A stretch of 64,000 bases of DNA from Chloroflexota bacterium (GTDB taxonomy: Bacteria; Chloroflexota; Dehalococcoidia; Lucifugimonadales; Lucifugimonadaceae), in assembly GCA_002719295.1 (NCBI GenBank), contig PBHC01000012.1:9928-73927 (forward strand), in the 5' to 3' direction. This document shows, piece after piece, positions 40,048 to 50,483 of this stretch (within the stretch, counting starts at the first letter, position 1; each line of letters begins with the position of its first letter). Both the position numbers and the translations under genes were made by a program. The notes below the pieces were generated by a model. That model was not told the origin of the DNA and ran no database searches. It saw only the letters and a list, made by a program, of their open reading frames with translations.

Positions 40048-41046
40048 ATGTCGAATTTTAAGATAATAGGAGAAAATATTCACACAACAAGATCAATAAA
40101 GTTAGGTGGAATTAGAACAAAAAAGATTGATTCAAAAGATATTATTACATACCGAAAAAAAGGTGATAATTATTCTGTAATGGACATTCCTGAACACTTT
40201 GAAAAAACTCAACCGTACAAACAAGGGCAATTAAAGCATTTTATGATTGCTATTTGGCATGGTATGAATGGGAACACATCTCAAGGTATCGATTATATAA
40301 AATGGGAAATTGAAAGGCAGATATCTAATTCTGCATCATACTTAGACATAAATGTTGATGAATATAGCTATAAACTTGATGAACAAATAGTAGCTATGAA
40401 GTGGCTGGTAAACGTTATAAAAGAATTTTCTTCTGTACCAGTCTCTATTGATTCTTCTAATCCAGATATAATCATCTCGGGACTAGAAGAATATAACAAT
40501 CACATGAGACCTATGGTTAACTCTTTATCACTAGAGAGAAAAGACTTGATTGACACTATATTGGATTATAATGCTCAAGTAGTAGTAAGCGCTGCAAGTG
40601 AGAGCAGTATGCCAGAAGATGCAAATGAAAGAATTGAAAATCTTATAAATCTTGTTGATTTATCAGTAAATAAAGGACTAAAAATTGAAGATTTATTCAT
40701 TGATCCTTTAATATTTCCTATTTCTGTAGCTTCTTCTTATGGAAAAGATGCACTAGGTGCAATATCAATGATCAAAGATAGGTGGCCTGAAGTAAACATA
40801 ACTGGCGGAATGAGTAATGTATCTTTTGGTTTACCTAAAAGAAGACTAGTTAATGATGTATTTATCAGTTTGGCTATAGAATGTGGAGCTAACTCAGGAA
40901 TAATAAATCCTGTAGAATCTAAAATAGATAGAATTTTAAATATTGATAAAAATAGTGAGGCGTTTTCAATTACAAAAGATATGTTGGAGGGCAGGGATGA
41001 ATTTTGTGTCAACTATCTTTCTGCATATAGAGAAAACAGAATCTAA
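40048..41046 (+). CDS. Pterin-binding methyltetrahydrofolate:corrinoid methyltransferase (AcsE/MeTr-like; stand-alone MetH folate domain)
   Basis: IIGENI, LDINV, SIDSSN, MVNS, FIDPLIFP, GGMSNVSFGLP, GRDEFCVNYL. Confidence 0.82.
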   Translation: MSNFKIIGENIHTTRSIKLGGIRTKKIDSKDIITYRKKGDNYSVMDIPEHFEKTQPYKQGQLKHFMIAIWHGMNGNTSQGIDYIKWEIERQISNSASYLDINVDEYSYKLDEQIVAMKWLVNVIKEFSSVPVSIDSSNPDIIISGLEEYNNHMRPMVNSLSLERKDLIDTILDYNAQVVVSAASESSMPEDANERIENLINLVDLSVNKGLKIEDLFIDPLIFPISVASSYGKDALGAISMIKDRWPEVNITGGMSNVSFGLPKRRLVNDVFISLAIECGANSGIINPVESKIDRILNIDKNSEAFSITKDMLEGRDEFCVNYLSAYRENRI

Positions 41047-41958
41047 ATGTATATAATCCGTTTTTTTCTTTGGCTTTTTTCTCTAATAGCCGATATAACC
41101 AATGAATTTATTGACAAAAATGTTCCTCTTTTAAGTGCGGCTATATCTTTTTATGCTTTCTTCTCTATATTTCCTTTATTGCTAGCAATCATAATGGTTT
41201 TTTCAATTTTTCTAGGAATACCTGATTTTGAAAAAACTATTTTAGATTCTCTTAAAAACCTTATTCCAATATTTGACGAACAAGATGATGAATTTTTAAT
41301 GGGATTTTTTGATAGTTTAACATCCAACAGATTAGCAACAAGTACAGTTGCTGCTATTGGGCTTATTTTTGCTTCAAGTGCAGTTTTTGGAAGCATAAGA
41401 AAAAGTATAAATTTTATTTGGGAAATAGATAAAAAAAGAAGTTTTTTTCAAGAAAGAGTAATTGATTTTACCCTCCTTTTTGTTGCATCTTCTTTATTGC
41501 TAATATCATTTATTCTAACTACAGGATTAAGTTTTCTTAGTGAATTAATTCAAATTAATTTTCCAGATTCACCTTATATTGATCCTAATATTTGGAATAG
41601 ACTTGCTTTACTAGTTCCTCCTGTCCTTACATTTTCTGTTTTTGCTATTTGTTTTTGGTGGCTTCCAAATATTAAATTAAATTTCTTGAATATTTTACCT
41701 GTTGCTATTTTAGCTACACTTGCAGAAGAAATTAATAAAATGGTATTTATTCTTTATCTAAGAAATTATAGTGGAGTGTCAGGTTCAATTTATGGAGGTG
41801 TAAGTGCGATAATTGTGTTTATGGCATTTATATATATATCTTCTATAATTTTATTAATTGGTGCTCAAGTTTGCGCAAGATTTACTATATATTTAAATGT
41901 TAGAAAACAAAATCATCAAAATAAAATTTTAGAAATGAGTTTAGATCGATTAGATTAA
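41047..41958 (+). CDS. YihY/virulence factor BrkB family membrane protein
   Basis: SAAISFYAFFSIFPLL, IYGGVSAIIVFM, ILLIGAQ. Confidence 0.88.
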   Translation: MYIIRFFLWLFSLIADITNEFIDKNVPLLSAAISFYAFFSIFPLLLAIIMVFSIFLGIPDFEKTILDSLKNLIPIFDEQDDEFLMGFFDSLTSNRLATSTVAAIGLIFASSAVFGSIRKSINFIWEIDKKRSFFQERVIDFTLLFVASSLLLISFILTTGLSFLSELIQINFPDSPYIDPNIWNRLALLVPPVLTFSVFAICFWWLPNIKLNFLNILPVAILATLAEEINKMVFILYLRNYSGVSGSIYGGVSAIIVFMAFIYISSIILLIGAQVCARFTIYLNVRKQNHQNKILEMSLDRLD

Positions 41959-44900
41959 ATTTTTTCTATGGTTATATTTACTGATAATTCGTCTGATATT
42001 TTAATAAAGTTATCGTTTAGTTCACTAAATTCAATATTTTCAGCTAAAGAGTTGCTTGCAATATATTCTCCAAACTTTGAAACGGTTTCTTGAACAATAT
42101 TTTCTCCAAAAATCTTAATTTTTATCTTATCTGATATATCCAAGTTTTCATCTTTTCTTTTATTTTGTACAGCTCTTAGAATATCTCTTGCAATGCCTTC
42201 AACTTTTAATTCATTATCAATATCTATATTTAGTGATACCACAATTTTCCCATCATTTATCTCTCTGGTTTCTGTACCTGGATTTGATTCTTTTTCTAAA
42301 ATATACTCATCTTCTTCAAGGATTAAGTCTAAAATACTAATTGTTTTATTATCATTCATTACCCAATTAAAATTATTCGCAGCTTCCATATACTTCTTAG
42401 TATTCTTACCTAACTTTGGCCCCATTTTTCTTAGGTTTATTTTTATTTTATTTCTGTATAAAGAATCAGAATTTTCATCTAAAATCATCTTTTTTGCATT
42501 AACTTCTTCTAATATATAATTTTCAAAATTACTTAACCATGAAATATTGTCTCCTGCAATAGTAATTTCTTTTAGGGGTTGCCTTACTCTAATATTATTG
42601 GTTTTTCTTATTCCTAAGCCTGCTGAAGAAATATCTCTTACCAAATCCATTTGTTCTAAGAATTTTGCGTCATTTGGAAAGCTATCAGTATTGGGCCAGT
42701 CACATAGATGTACACTTTCTGATGAAGTGAGCTTGGTATAAATTTCCTCAGAAATTAATGGCATTAAGGGAGATAATACTTTTGTAGCATTTAATAAAAC
42801 AGTATATAAAGTGTCATATGCATTTTTAGAATCAGTATCGTCAGCATGTTTCCAAAATCTTGGTCTACTTCTTCTTATATACCAATTATTTATAGCATCA
42901 ATAAAATTTGGGACAGCTTGGCATGCAGATGAAATATCGTATTCTTCTAGATTTTTTTCGATATTTTCAATTAATTCTCTTGTTTTTAATAGTGCGTAAA
43001 TGTCTAATGGATTTTTTGAGCTATAATTCTCTTTTGCTGAAATATTTTCTGCATTTGCGTATAAACAGAAGAAATAGAAAGCATTCCATAATGGAGTGAT
43101 TATTAATCTTTGAGCATCTGAAATACCTTTTCCCTCCATGTCTATTTGTAAATTTTGACCTTTTAATACAGGAGAAGAGGATAAAAACCATCTTAAGGAG
43201 TCAGCTCCATATTTGTCCCAGATCATTTCAGGTTCAGGGTAATTTCTTAATTTTTTAGATAGTTTTACTCCATTTGTATCTAAAACTATTCCATGACAAA
43301 TACAATTCTTGAAGGGGGGCCTATCAAAAATTGCAGTGCTAAGCACCATCATGGTGTAAAACCAACCTCTTGTTTGACCTATGTACTCAACAATAAAATC
43401 AGCAGGAAAATGTGATTCAAACCAACTTTTATTTTCAAATGGATAGTGAACTTGTGCAAATGGCATAGAGCCTGATTCAAACCAACAGTCAAATACCTCT
43501 GTTACTCTTATCATTTTACTTTTTCCTGTAGGATCATCAGGATTTGGTCTTGTTAGCTTGTCTATGTGAGGCCGGTGTAAATTATTTGGCCTTGTGCCAA
43601 AATCTTTTTCTATTTCATCAAGGCTTCCATAAACATCCACTCTAGGATATTTTGGGTCATCAGACTTCCAAACCGGAATTGGAGTTCCCCAAAATCTGTT
43701 TCTGCTTATTGACCAATCTCTTGCTCCTGCAAGCCATTTTCCAAAAGTACCATCCTTAATATGATCTGGAGTCCAAGAAATTTCTTGATTTAGCTCTACC
43801 ATTCTGTCTTTGAATGAAGATACTTCTACATACCATGAGTTAACAGATTTATAAATAAGAGGTTCGTCTGTTCTCCAACAATGTGGATAATTATGAAGAT
43901 AATTTTGTTTTTTTACTATAATGTTTCTCTGTTTTAAATCAGATATAATTTTTTCATTTGCATCAAAAACTAGTAAGTTTTCATATTCTTTGACTTCACT
44001 TGTAAATTTTCCTTGATCATCTACAGGACATACAATTGATATGTTATTTTTCTCACAAACAAGCTGATCATCTTCTCCAAATCCAGGAGCCATATGAACA
44101 ATTCCTGTACCTTCTTCAGTATTTACAAAATCTGCTTCAAGGACCTTAAATGCATTTTTTGTATCTTTAAAATAATCAAAAATAGGTATATATTGAGTTC
44201 CTAATATTTCGTTTCCTTTAATTGTTTTTATAGTTTTATAGCCTTCCAAAACATCTTGAAAATTTTCTAAAACAGATGATGCAATTATAAGATTTTCATT
44301 ATTCAATGTTATTAGCGAGTAATCAATATCTTTTCCAACTGCACAAGCTAAATTAGAAGGAAGTGTCCAAGGAGTTGTTGTCCAAGCTAGCAAATATGAC
44401 TTATAACTGTTCTCAAAATCTATATTGCTATCATTGATTTCAAATTTTATAGTTACGGCAGGATCTTTTCTTTCTCTATATGAATCGTCTAATCTTGTTT
44501 CAAAGTTTGAAAGAGGAGTTTCAGCTTTCCAAGAATAAGGCATTACTCTATCTTTTTCGTATACTAATCCTTTGTCCCAAAGTTGCTTAAAAGCCCACAT
44601 AACTGATTCCATGTAATCAAGATCCATAGTTTTGTAATCATTTTCAAAATCTACCCATCTTGCTTGCCTTCCAACTGTGACTTCCCATTCTTTTGTATAT
44701 TTCATAACAGATTCTTGACAATGATTATTAAAATTCTCAACCCCAAATTCTTGAATCTGTTTTCTGCCAGTTATTCCAAGTTCTTTTTCTGATTCCATTT
44801 CTGCAGGTAATCCATGACAATCCCATCCAAAAACCCTATCAACTTTAGATCCTTTCATGGTTTGAAATCTTGGAATAATATCTTTTACAAATCCCGTAAG

Positions 44901-45098
44901 TATATGTCCATAATGCGGAAGTCCATTAGCAAATGGAGGACCATCATAAAATACGAATTCATTCGCACCTTCTCTATTTGATATAGATTTGTCAAATGTT
45001 TTTTCTGCATCCCATTTTTTTAATATAGATTCCTCGACTTTTGAAAAATTTACTGAAGGTTCTATTTCAGGATAGTATTTTTTATTATTTTCTTTCAT
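41955..45098 (-). CDS. ileS: Isoleucyl-tRNA synthetase, type 2
   Basis: GPPFANGLPHYGH, GWDCHGLP, WTTTPWTLP, DWSISRNRFWG, KLSKK; 1047 aa with IleRS2-type C-terminus. Confidence 0.96.
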   Translation of the reverse strand: MKENNKKYYPEIEPSVNFSKVEESILKKWDAEKTFDKSISNREGANEFVFYDGPPFANGLPHYGHILTGFVKDIIPRFQTMKGSKVDRVFGWDCHGLPAEMESEKELGITGRKQIQEFGVENFNNHCQESVMKYTKEWEVTVGRQARWVDFENDYKTMDLDYMESVMWAFKQLWDKGLVYEKDRVMPYSWKAETPLSNFETRLDDSYRERKDPAVTIKFEINDSNIDFENSYKSYLLAWTTTPWTLPSNLACAVGKDIDYSLITLNNENLIIASSVLENFQDVLEGYKTIKTIKGNEILGTQYIPIFDYFKDTKNAFKVLEADFVNTEEGTGIVHMAPGFGEDDQLVCEKNNISIVCPVDDQGKFTSEVKEYENLLVFDANEKIISDLKQRNIIVKKQNYLHNYPHCWRTDEPLIYKSVNSWYVEVSSFKDRMVELNQEISWTPDHIKDGTFGKWLAGARDWSISRNRFWGTPIPVWKSDDPKYPRVDVYGSLDEIEKDFGTRPNNLHRPHIDKLTRPNPDDPTGKSKMIRVTEVFDCWFESGSMPFAQVHYPFENKSWFESHFPADFIVEYIGQTRGWFYTMMVLSTAIFDRPPFKNCICHGIVLDTNGVKLSKKLRNYPEPEMIWDKYGADSLRWFLSSSPVLKGQNLQIDMEGKGISDAQRLIITPLWNAFYFFCLYANAENISAKENYSSKNPLDIYALLKTRELIENIEKNLEEYDISSACQAVPNFIDAINNWYIRRSRPRFWKHADDTDSKNAYDTLYTVLLNATKVLSPLMPLISEEIYTKLTSSESVHLCDWPNTDSFPNDAKFLEQMDLVRDISSAGLGIRKTNNIRVRQPLKEITIAGDNISWLSNFENYILEEVNAKKMILDENSDSLYRNKIKINLRKMGPKLGKNTKKYMEAANNFNWVMNDNKTISILDLILEEDEYILEKESNPGTETREINDGKIVVSLNIDIDNELKVEGIARDILRAVQNKRKDENLDISDKIKIKIFGENIVQETVSKFGEYIASNSLAENIEFSELNDNFIKISDELSVNITIEKI

Positions 45099-45134
45099 GT
45101 TTAATGATTTTACATTTGAACTTGTTTTTTTTGA

Positions 45135-45959
45135 CTATAAATTATAAGCAGATATTGAGTTATGTGAAAAAATATGACTTTTTTCTTCATTATCTAGGTA
45201 ATCAGTTTCTGATAAACAACGCTTAATGTTTATTAGAGGATAATCAGAAGCAAATAATATTTTTTCAATTGATGAAGAGTTTATAGCATTTCTATAAATA
45301 TTTTTGTTATACAAATAAGGCTGAGCAGAGCTGTCATAATAAACATTTCTCAAAGCTTTTTTCACCTCAGGCATTTGTTCATAAAAAACCAATCCGCCTC
45401 CAAAATGAGAAAATATAAATTTATTTGAAGGATTATTTTTTACCAGCTCATATAGCTTTTTAGGATGATTATTGCCTTTTCCGTTATATAGATGTCCAAC
45501 AGGCTCTGATCCATGTATCAGAATTGGTAAATTATTTTCAGAGGCTATATTTAAGATATTTTTAAATATAGTATTTTTTTCTAATTTGTTATCATAATCG
45601 ATATGCAATTCACCAATTCCTTTTACTCCTTTAGATATGCATTTTAATAATTCTTGTTCAGAAAACTTTGAATTTATATCCAATGAACAAAGAGGAATAA
45701 TTTTCTCTTGATATTTATTACTTGCATCATATATATATTCATTTACTAAGGAAGCTAACCCGTAATCATTCCATCCAAATCCAGCAACTACAGATTTATC
45801 TATATTGTTACTTTTCATATTTTTTATAAGATCTTCTGTCTCAATAATCTTTGTTTTTTCATCAAACAAAGAATCAAATAATTGATCAATTTTTTTATAT
45901 TTTTCTATATTTGATGAAACTTCTGTCGGTAGTATGTGTGTAAGTGAATCTATAATCAT
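45135..45959 (-). CDS. Amidohydrolase_2 family metal-dependent hydrolase
   Basis: IDSLTH, GIGEL, LIHGSEPVGH, SHFGGG, YYDSSA, LFASDYP. Confidence 0.85.
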   Translation of the reverse strand: MIIDSLTHILPTEVSSNIEKYKKIDQLFDSLFDEKTKIIETEDLIKNMKSNNIDKSVVAGFGWNDYGLASLVNEYIYDASNKYQEKIIPLCSLDINSKFSEQELLKCISKGVKGIGELHIDYDNKLEKNTIFKNILNIASENNLPILIHGSEPVGHLYNGKGNNHPKKLYELVKNNPSNKFIFSHFGGGLVFYEQMPEVKKALRNVYYDSSAQPYLYNKNIYRNAINSSSIEKILFASDYPLINIKRCLSETDYLDNEEKSHIFSHNSISAYNL

Positions 45960-45984
45960 TTTTTTATTCTATAATTTAATTATT

Positions 45985-47100
45985 ATGATAAATAGCTTTG
46001 ATAAAAGTAAATTTGGTAAAGTTTATGTTCTTAAGACATCTCCTGAATATGTTATTGGTGACTATGCACGATTACTTGAATTATCATCGATAAATGAAAA
46101 TTTTAATTTAGATATAAATACTTTATTAAAGGCTAATATTTCTTGGCAGCACTATTTTCCTGCTTGTTCTACTGCACCATGGCAGTTGGACGGGGTCATA
46201 CGAGGACTTAAAAGTTTAAAATTTAAAAATATAGAAATTGCCCATAATGGAACGGTTGTTGTAAATGCTCATGAAGGTAAAAAAAATAACGGATATCTAT
46301 CAATCGAAAAAAATTTATCTATAAAAAGCACTGTATTAGATGATCCAGGTCAAGATTGGATTCATTATAAACCTAAGCAAAAAATGATTGTTTTAGATAA
46401 GATTTATCCAGATGGAATAAATATTCCCAAAAAGTTAATTGGGACTAATATAATCCATCTTCCTACTGTTAAGACACATGTTTTTACAACTATTACAGGA
46501 GCAATGAAAAATGCATTTGGAGGACTTCTTCATCAAAATAGACACTGGGCTCATGCTGATATTCATAATACGCTTGTAGATTTACTAAAAATTCAATATG
46601 AGATACATGATAACGTTTTTGCAGTTATGGACGGAACCTTTGCAGGAAATGGTCCTGGCCCTCGAGCTATGTCATTTAAGGTCAAAAATTATATTTTGGC
46701 ATCCTATGATCAGGTTGCCATAGATTCTATTTCTGCAAAACTAATGGGATTCGACCCATTGAGTATTCCAAAATTAAGAGCAGCTCATGAACATGGATTA
46801 GGAATAGCAAAAACGTCAGAAATAGAAATAATTGGAGATTCAATATCTAATCAAAATTGGAATTTTTCTAAGAATAAAAATACTTTTGCTAGTAGAGTTC
46901 AAAAAATGATATATTGGGGTCCATTTAAACCTTTGGAAAAATTATTATTAAGAACTCCTCTTGTACATTTGGCATATTTTGCTTCAAACATTTACCATAA
47001 TTCTTTTTGGTTAAGATTTATAGGAAAAAATAGAATAAGGAATGCATTTAAATCTGATTGGGGAACATTGTTGGATAGATATAAAATTATAAAACCTTAA
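45985..47100 (+). CDS. DUF362 family protein, start revised
   Basis: LKANISW, PACST, LPTVKTH, TGAMKNAFG, MDG..GNGPGP, DQVAID. Confidence 0.8.
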   Translation: MINSFDKSKFGKVYVLKTSPEYVIGDYARLLELSSINENFNLDINTLLKANISWQHYFPACSTAPWQLDGVIRGLKSLKFKNIEIAHNGTVVVNAHEGKKNNGYLSIEKNLSIKSTVLDDPGQDWIHYKPKQKMIVLDKIYPDGINIPKKLIGTNIIHLPTVKTHVFTTITGAMKNAFGGLLHQNRHWAHADIHNTLVDLLKIQYEIHDNVFAVMDGTFAGNGPGPRAMSFKVKNYILASYDQVAIDSISAKLMGFDPLSIPKLRAAHEHGLGIAKTSEIEIIGDSISNQNWNFSKNKNTFASRVQKMIYWGPFKPLEKLLLRTPLVHLAYFASNIYHNSFWLRFIGKNRIRNAFKSDWGTLLDRYKIIKP

Positions 47101-48044
47101 TCTTTATTTTCTAAACAAAAATTATATGCGCTCAATGCTGATATTGCACCTTGCGAAGCTGCTGTAATAGTTTGTTTCAAATTTGAGCCATTAGTTAAGT
47201 CTCCTGCTGCATAGATACCAGGAATATTAGTTTTTTGATCTTTATCAACTATAACTTCATTTGTTTCTTTATCTAAATTTATACCCAAAGCAGTAGGGAT
47301 TTCTACTCTTGGGTCTGCTCCGGCTTCTATCATTAAACCATCAACGATAAATTCAGACTCATTTTTGTATTTTTGTTCTAATTTGATCTTTTGCAATCCA
47401 GCTAAATCACTACCAATTAATTCAGTGATGTTATTATTCAGAATTACTTCAACATTTTTTGTTTTGGCTAATGTTTCAAGTAAGATAGGTTCTGGTCTCC
47501 ATAGTTTTTCTCCTCTATAAACTAAAAAAACTTTTTTTGAGTATTTAGCAATTAATATAGCTCCTTCAACTGCTGCATTTCCTCCTCCTACAACTACGGC
47601 AAGATCTTTATTTTTGTATAGTGGAGCATCGCAAGTAGAACAATATGAAACACCTTTTCCTGTCCACTCATCCTCATTTTTCAATCCAAGCTTTCTTCTT
47701 TCTCTACCAATCGCTAATATTACAGTTTTTGTATCTAATATTTCTCCATTGTTCAACTCGCATAAAAAACGATTTTCATTCTTAGTAATTGATTTCAGGT
47801 TATCTTCTATAATTGGAACCTCTAGGTCTGTTACTTGTTTCTTAAACTCAAGCATAAGATCAAAACCATCTATCTCGTTATTTCCAGGATAATTTTCAAT
47901 AATTCCCCCTATGGCAGTTTCACCACCAAAATCTTGACCTGCAATAGCTGTTTTCATTTGATACCTTGCGGTATAAAGACCTGCAGCAAATCCAGCTGCT
48001 CCTTGTCCTGCAATTAAGACATCTAAATTTTTTGATTGAGTCAT
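47097..48044 (-). CDS. trxB: Thioredoxin-disulfide reductase
   Basis: GQGAAG, IENYPG, GVSYCSTCD, VGGGNAA, TNIPGIYAAGD. Confidence 0.9.
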   Translation of the reverse strand: MTQSKNLDVLIAGQGAAGFAAGLYTARYQMKTAIAGQDFGGETAIGGIIENYPGNNEIDGFDLMLEFKKQVTDLEVPIIEDNLKSITKNENRFLCELNNGEILDTKTVILAIGRERRKLGLKNEDEWTGKGVSYCSTCDAPLYKNKDLAVVVGGGNAAVEGAILIAKYSKKVFLVYRGEKLWRPEPILLETLAKTKNVEVILNNNITELIGSDLAGLQKIKLEQKYKNESEFIVDGLMIEAGADPRVEIPTALGINLDKETNEVIVDKDQKTNIPGIYAAGDLTNGSNLKQTITAASQGAISALSAYNFCLENKD

Positions 48045-48211
48045 TAAATAATTCTTTGATAATTTATGTATATGAAATAATAATAATAATTTTTATTTTT
48101 TGAAACAATTCTTTTTTATACTTTATTCGTTGGCATTTAAAAAATGAGGCTTTTGTTAAATTTGATGATTCCAAGAGTATATAATTACTTCTATATAGCT
48201 AATTCGTATTT

Positions 48212-48295
48212 ATGTTAAATAAAATAAGTTGGTTTATAGGATTAATCTTTTTAATTATGACTATTAGCATCCCTATATTAAATATTTTTAAATAA
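48212..48295 (+). CDS. Putative 27-aa single-TM microprotein MLNKISWFIGLIFLIMTISIPILNIFK
   Basis: ATG..TAA ORF with one hydrophobic helix in the largest intergenic gap of the window; no clear SD. Confidence 0.35.
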   Translation: MLNKISWFIGLIFLIMTISIPILNIFK

Positions 48296-48463
48296 ATTCA
48301 AAAATTCTGAAGAATTATTTTTTGTTTTTGCTAAATTGGAAATCTCTCGAAAAAAATAAAACCATATCATTCCGCTTTTATATATAGAGTCATCTTAGGA
48401 AATATTATTATATTATTGTCTTTATAGCTAATATTTAATTTTATTAGTCGCTAGGAGTTTGTA

Positions 48464-49678
48464 ATGGGAAATGAAATTAATAATATAAAAGATGGAAATA
48501 TTTGTTCTCCGAAAGGTTTTTTGTCTGGGTCTATATTTGCAGGAATTAAGTCCCCTGGCCAAGACAAACGAGACATAGGAATCATTTTTTCTGAAACTGA
48601 TTGTGTAAGCGCAGGAACATTTACTCAAAATTCTGTAGTATCACCCTCAGTAACTTGGACAAAAAAAGTACTACAAGATAATAATTTAAGAGCTGTTGTA
48701 GTTAATTCTGGATGTGCTAATTGTGCAGTAGGTGAACAAGGATTTTTAGATGCTAAAGAAACAGCTGAAATAGCGTCAAAATCTTTATCAATTGATGTTG
48801 ATTCAATTGCTGTAGCATCAACTGGTATTATCGGAGTGGAGCTTCCCATGGCTTTAATGAGGAAGTTTATACCTCAAATAGAGCTCTCTGATAGTGATGG
48901 GCCTGGTTTTGCAAGATCGATTCTTACAACAGATAAAAGAACTAAAGAAATAGCTGTTTCTTTTGATCTAGAAGGCTCTAAGGTTACAGTAGCGGGTGTT
49001 GCCAAAGGATCTGGAATGATCCATCCAAATATGGCAACTATGCTAGCATTCATTACTTCTGATATTTCTATTGATGAAAAGATATTAAAAGATGCACTAA
49101 GTCATTCTGTAAATAATTCATTTAATCAAATAAGTGTAGATGGTGACCAATCTACAAATGATACTGTTCTTATAATGACAAATGGAAAAGCAAATAATAA
49201 AAAAATAACAAATATTGATGTTGCTGAAAAATTTATAAAAGCATTAGATGAAGTTTGTATTTTTTTAGCAAAAGAAATAGCAAAAGATGGTGAAGGGAAT
49301 ACCCGTCTTATCGAAGCTACCGTACAGGGAGCTAAAACTGAAGATGATGCAAGAAAAGCTACTAAATATATAGTTTCTTCTAATTTAGTAAAAACAGCTG
49401 TTTATGGAAGAGATCCAAATTGGGGCAGAATTATGATGGCAGTAGGAGCTTCCCAAATTGAATTAGATGAGTCTAAAATAGAAATTTTTGTAAATGATAT
49501 CCAAATTGTAGCAGAAGGTATAGCTACGCCTTATAATCATCAAAGTGTGGTTATTGCTATGAATCAACCTACAATACGTTTAACTGTAAATTTAAATATT
49601 GGGAAATCAATCGCAAAAGCATGGGGTAGCGAATTAACTGAAGAATATGTTGTCTTCAACTCAGCATATACAACTTAA
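48464..49678 (+). CDS. argJ: Ornithine acetyltransferase / N-acetylglutamate synthase
   Basis: [59 protein letters not shown]. Confidence 0.96.
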   Translation: MGNEINNIKDGNICSPKGFLSGSIFAGIKSPGQDKRDIGIIFSETDCVSAGTFTQNSVVSPSVTWTKKVLQDNNLRAVVVNSGCANCAVGEQGFLDAKETAEIASKSLSIDVDSIAVASTGIIGVELPMALMRKFIPQIELSDSDGPGFARSILTTDKRTKEIAVSFDLEGSKVTVAGVAKGSGMIHPNMATMLAFITSDISIDEKILKDALSHSVNNSFNQISVDGDQSTNDTVLIMTNGKANNKKITNIDVAEKFIKALDEVCIFLAKEIAKDGEGNTRLIEATVQGAKTEDDARKATKYIVSSNLVKTAVYGRDPNWGRIMMAVGASQIELDESKIEIFVNDIQIVAEGIATPYNHQSVVIAMNQPTIRLTVNLNIGKSIAKAWGSELTEEYVVFNSAYTT

Positions 49679-49687
49679 TTTTTTGTA

Positions 49688-50461
49688 ATGACTAAATCAT
49701 CAGATATAACAGTAATAAAAATTGGTGGATCAACTTTGGGTGAAACTGATAGTACCTTCAAAGATATTATTACTTTGCATAAAAAAGGATGGAAGTTCAT
49801 AATTGTCCATGGCGGAGGTAAAGAAATTTCTAACTGGATTAATAAACAAGGTATAGAACCTAATTTTGTTGAAGGATTACGTGTTACTGATCAAAAAACA
49901 TTAGAAGTCGCAATTGCGGTTTTAGCAGGAAAAGTAAATTCTGAAATTGTTACTGAATTTCAAAATATGAATGTTAATGCTATTGGATTATCAGGATCAT
50001 CAGGAATTTTAGAAGCCAAGCAATTAGATAAAAAACTAGGATTTGTTGGAGAAATAATCAATTGTAAAACAGAGGTATTAACAAATCTTTTAGATAATGG
50101 ATTTTTGCCTGTAGTTTCTCCCCTTGCAATTTCAATAGATATCAAAAATCAGATTTATAACACTAATGCAGATACTGCTGCTGGGATAATAGCAAAAAAA
50201 ATCAAAGCAGAAAATATAATTTTTCAAACTGATGTCCCTGGAATCCTAGATGCTAACAAAAGAGTAATACCACAAATGACAAAGGGTCAAGCAAATGAAT
50301 TAATAGATACAGGAATTGCTCAAGGCGGTATGATTCCAAAGATAAGAGCATGCATAAATGCATTAGAATATGTAAAAACAGGAAGAATTATTGATGGAAG
50401 AGAATCTGGAGCCTTGTTATCCGCATTCACTAATGAGAATATTGGTACTAGAATAATATAA
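49688..50461 (+). CDS. argB: Acetylglutamate kinase
   Basis: IKIGGS, VHGGG, GLRVTD, NTNAD, GGMIPK, IIDGR. Confidence 0.94.
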   Translation: MTKSSDITVIKIGGSTLGETDSTFKDIITLHKKGWKFIIVHGGGKEISNWINKQGIEPNFVEGLRVTDQKTLEVAIAVLAGKVNSEIVTEFQNMNVNAIGLSGSSGILEAKQLDKKLGFVGEIINCKTEVLTNLLDNGFLPVVSPLAISIDIKNQIYNTNADTAAGIIAKKIKAENIIFQTDVPGILDANKRVIPQMTKGQANELIDTGIAQGGMIPKIRACINALEYVKTGRIIDGRESGALLSAFTNENIGTRII

Positions 50462-50483
50462 AGAACATTTTTTGGAGAGAAAT

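Noticed and set aside
45934..45984. ORF-track start of the DUF362 gene
   Set aside because: It overlaps the divergent amidohydrolase start; ATG 45985 is more plausible.
48296..48463. ARG boxes or attenuator upstream of argJ
   Set aside because: Only half-site-like AT-rich matches; no convincing TGAAT-N4-ATTCA pair, Arg-rich leader peptide or terminator.
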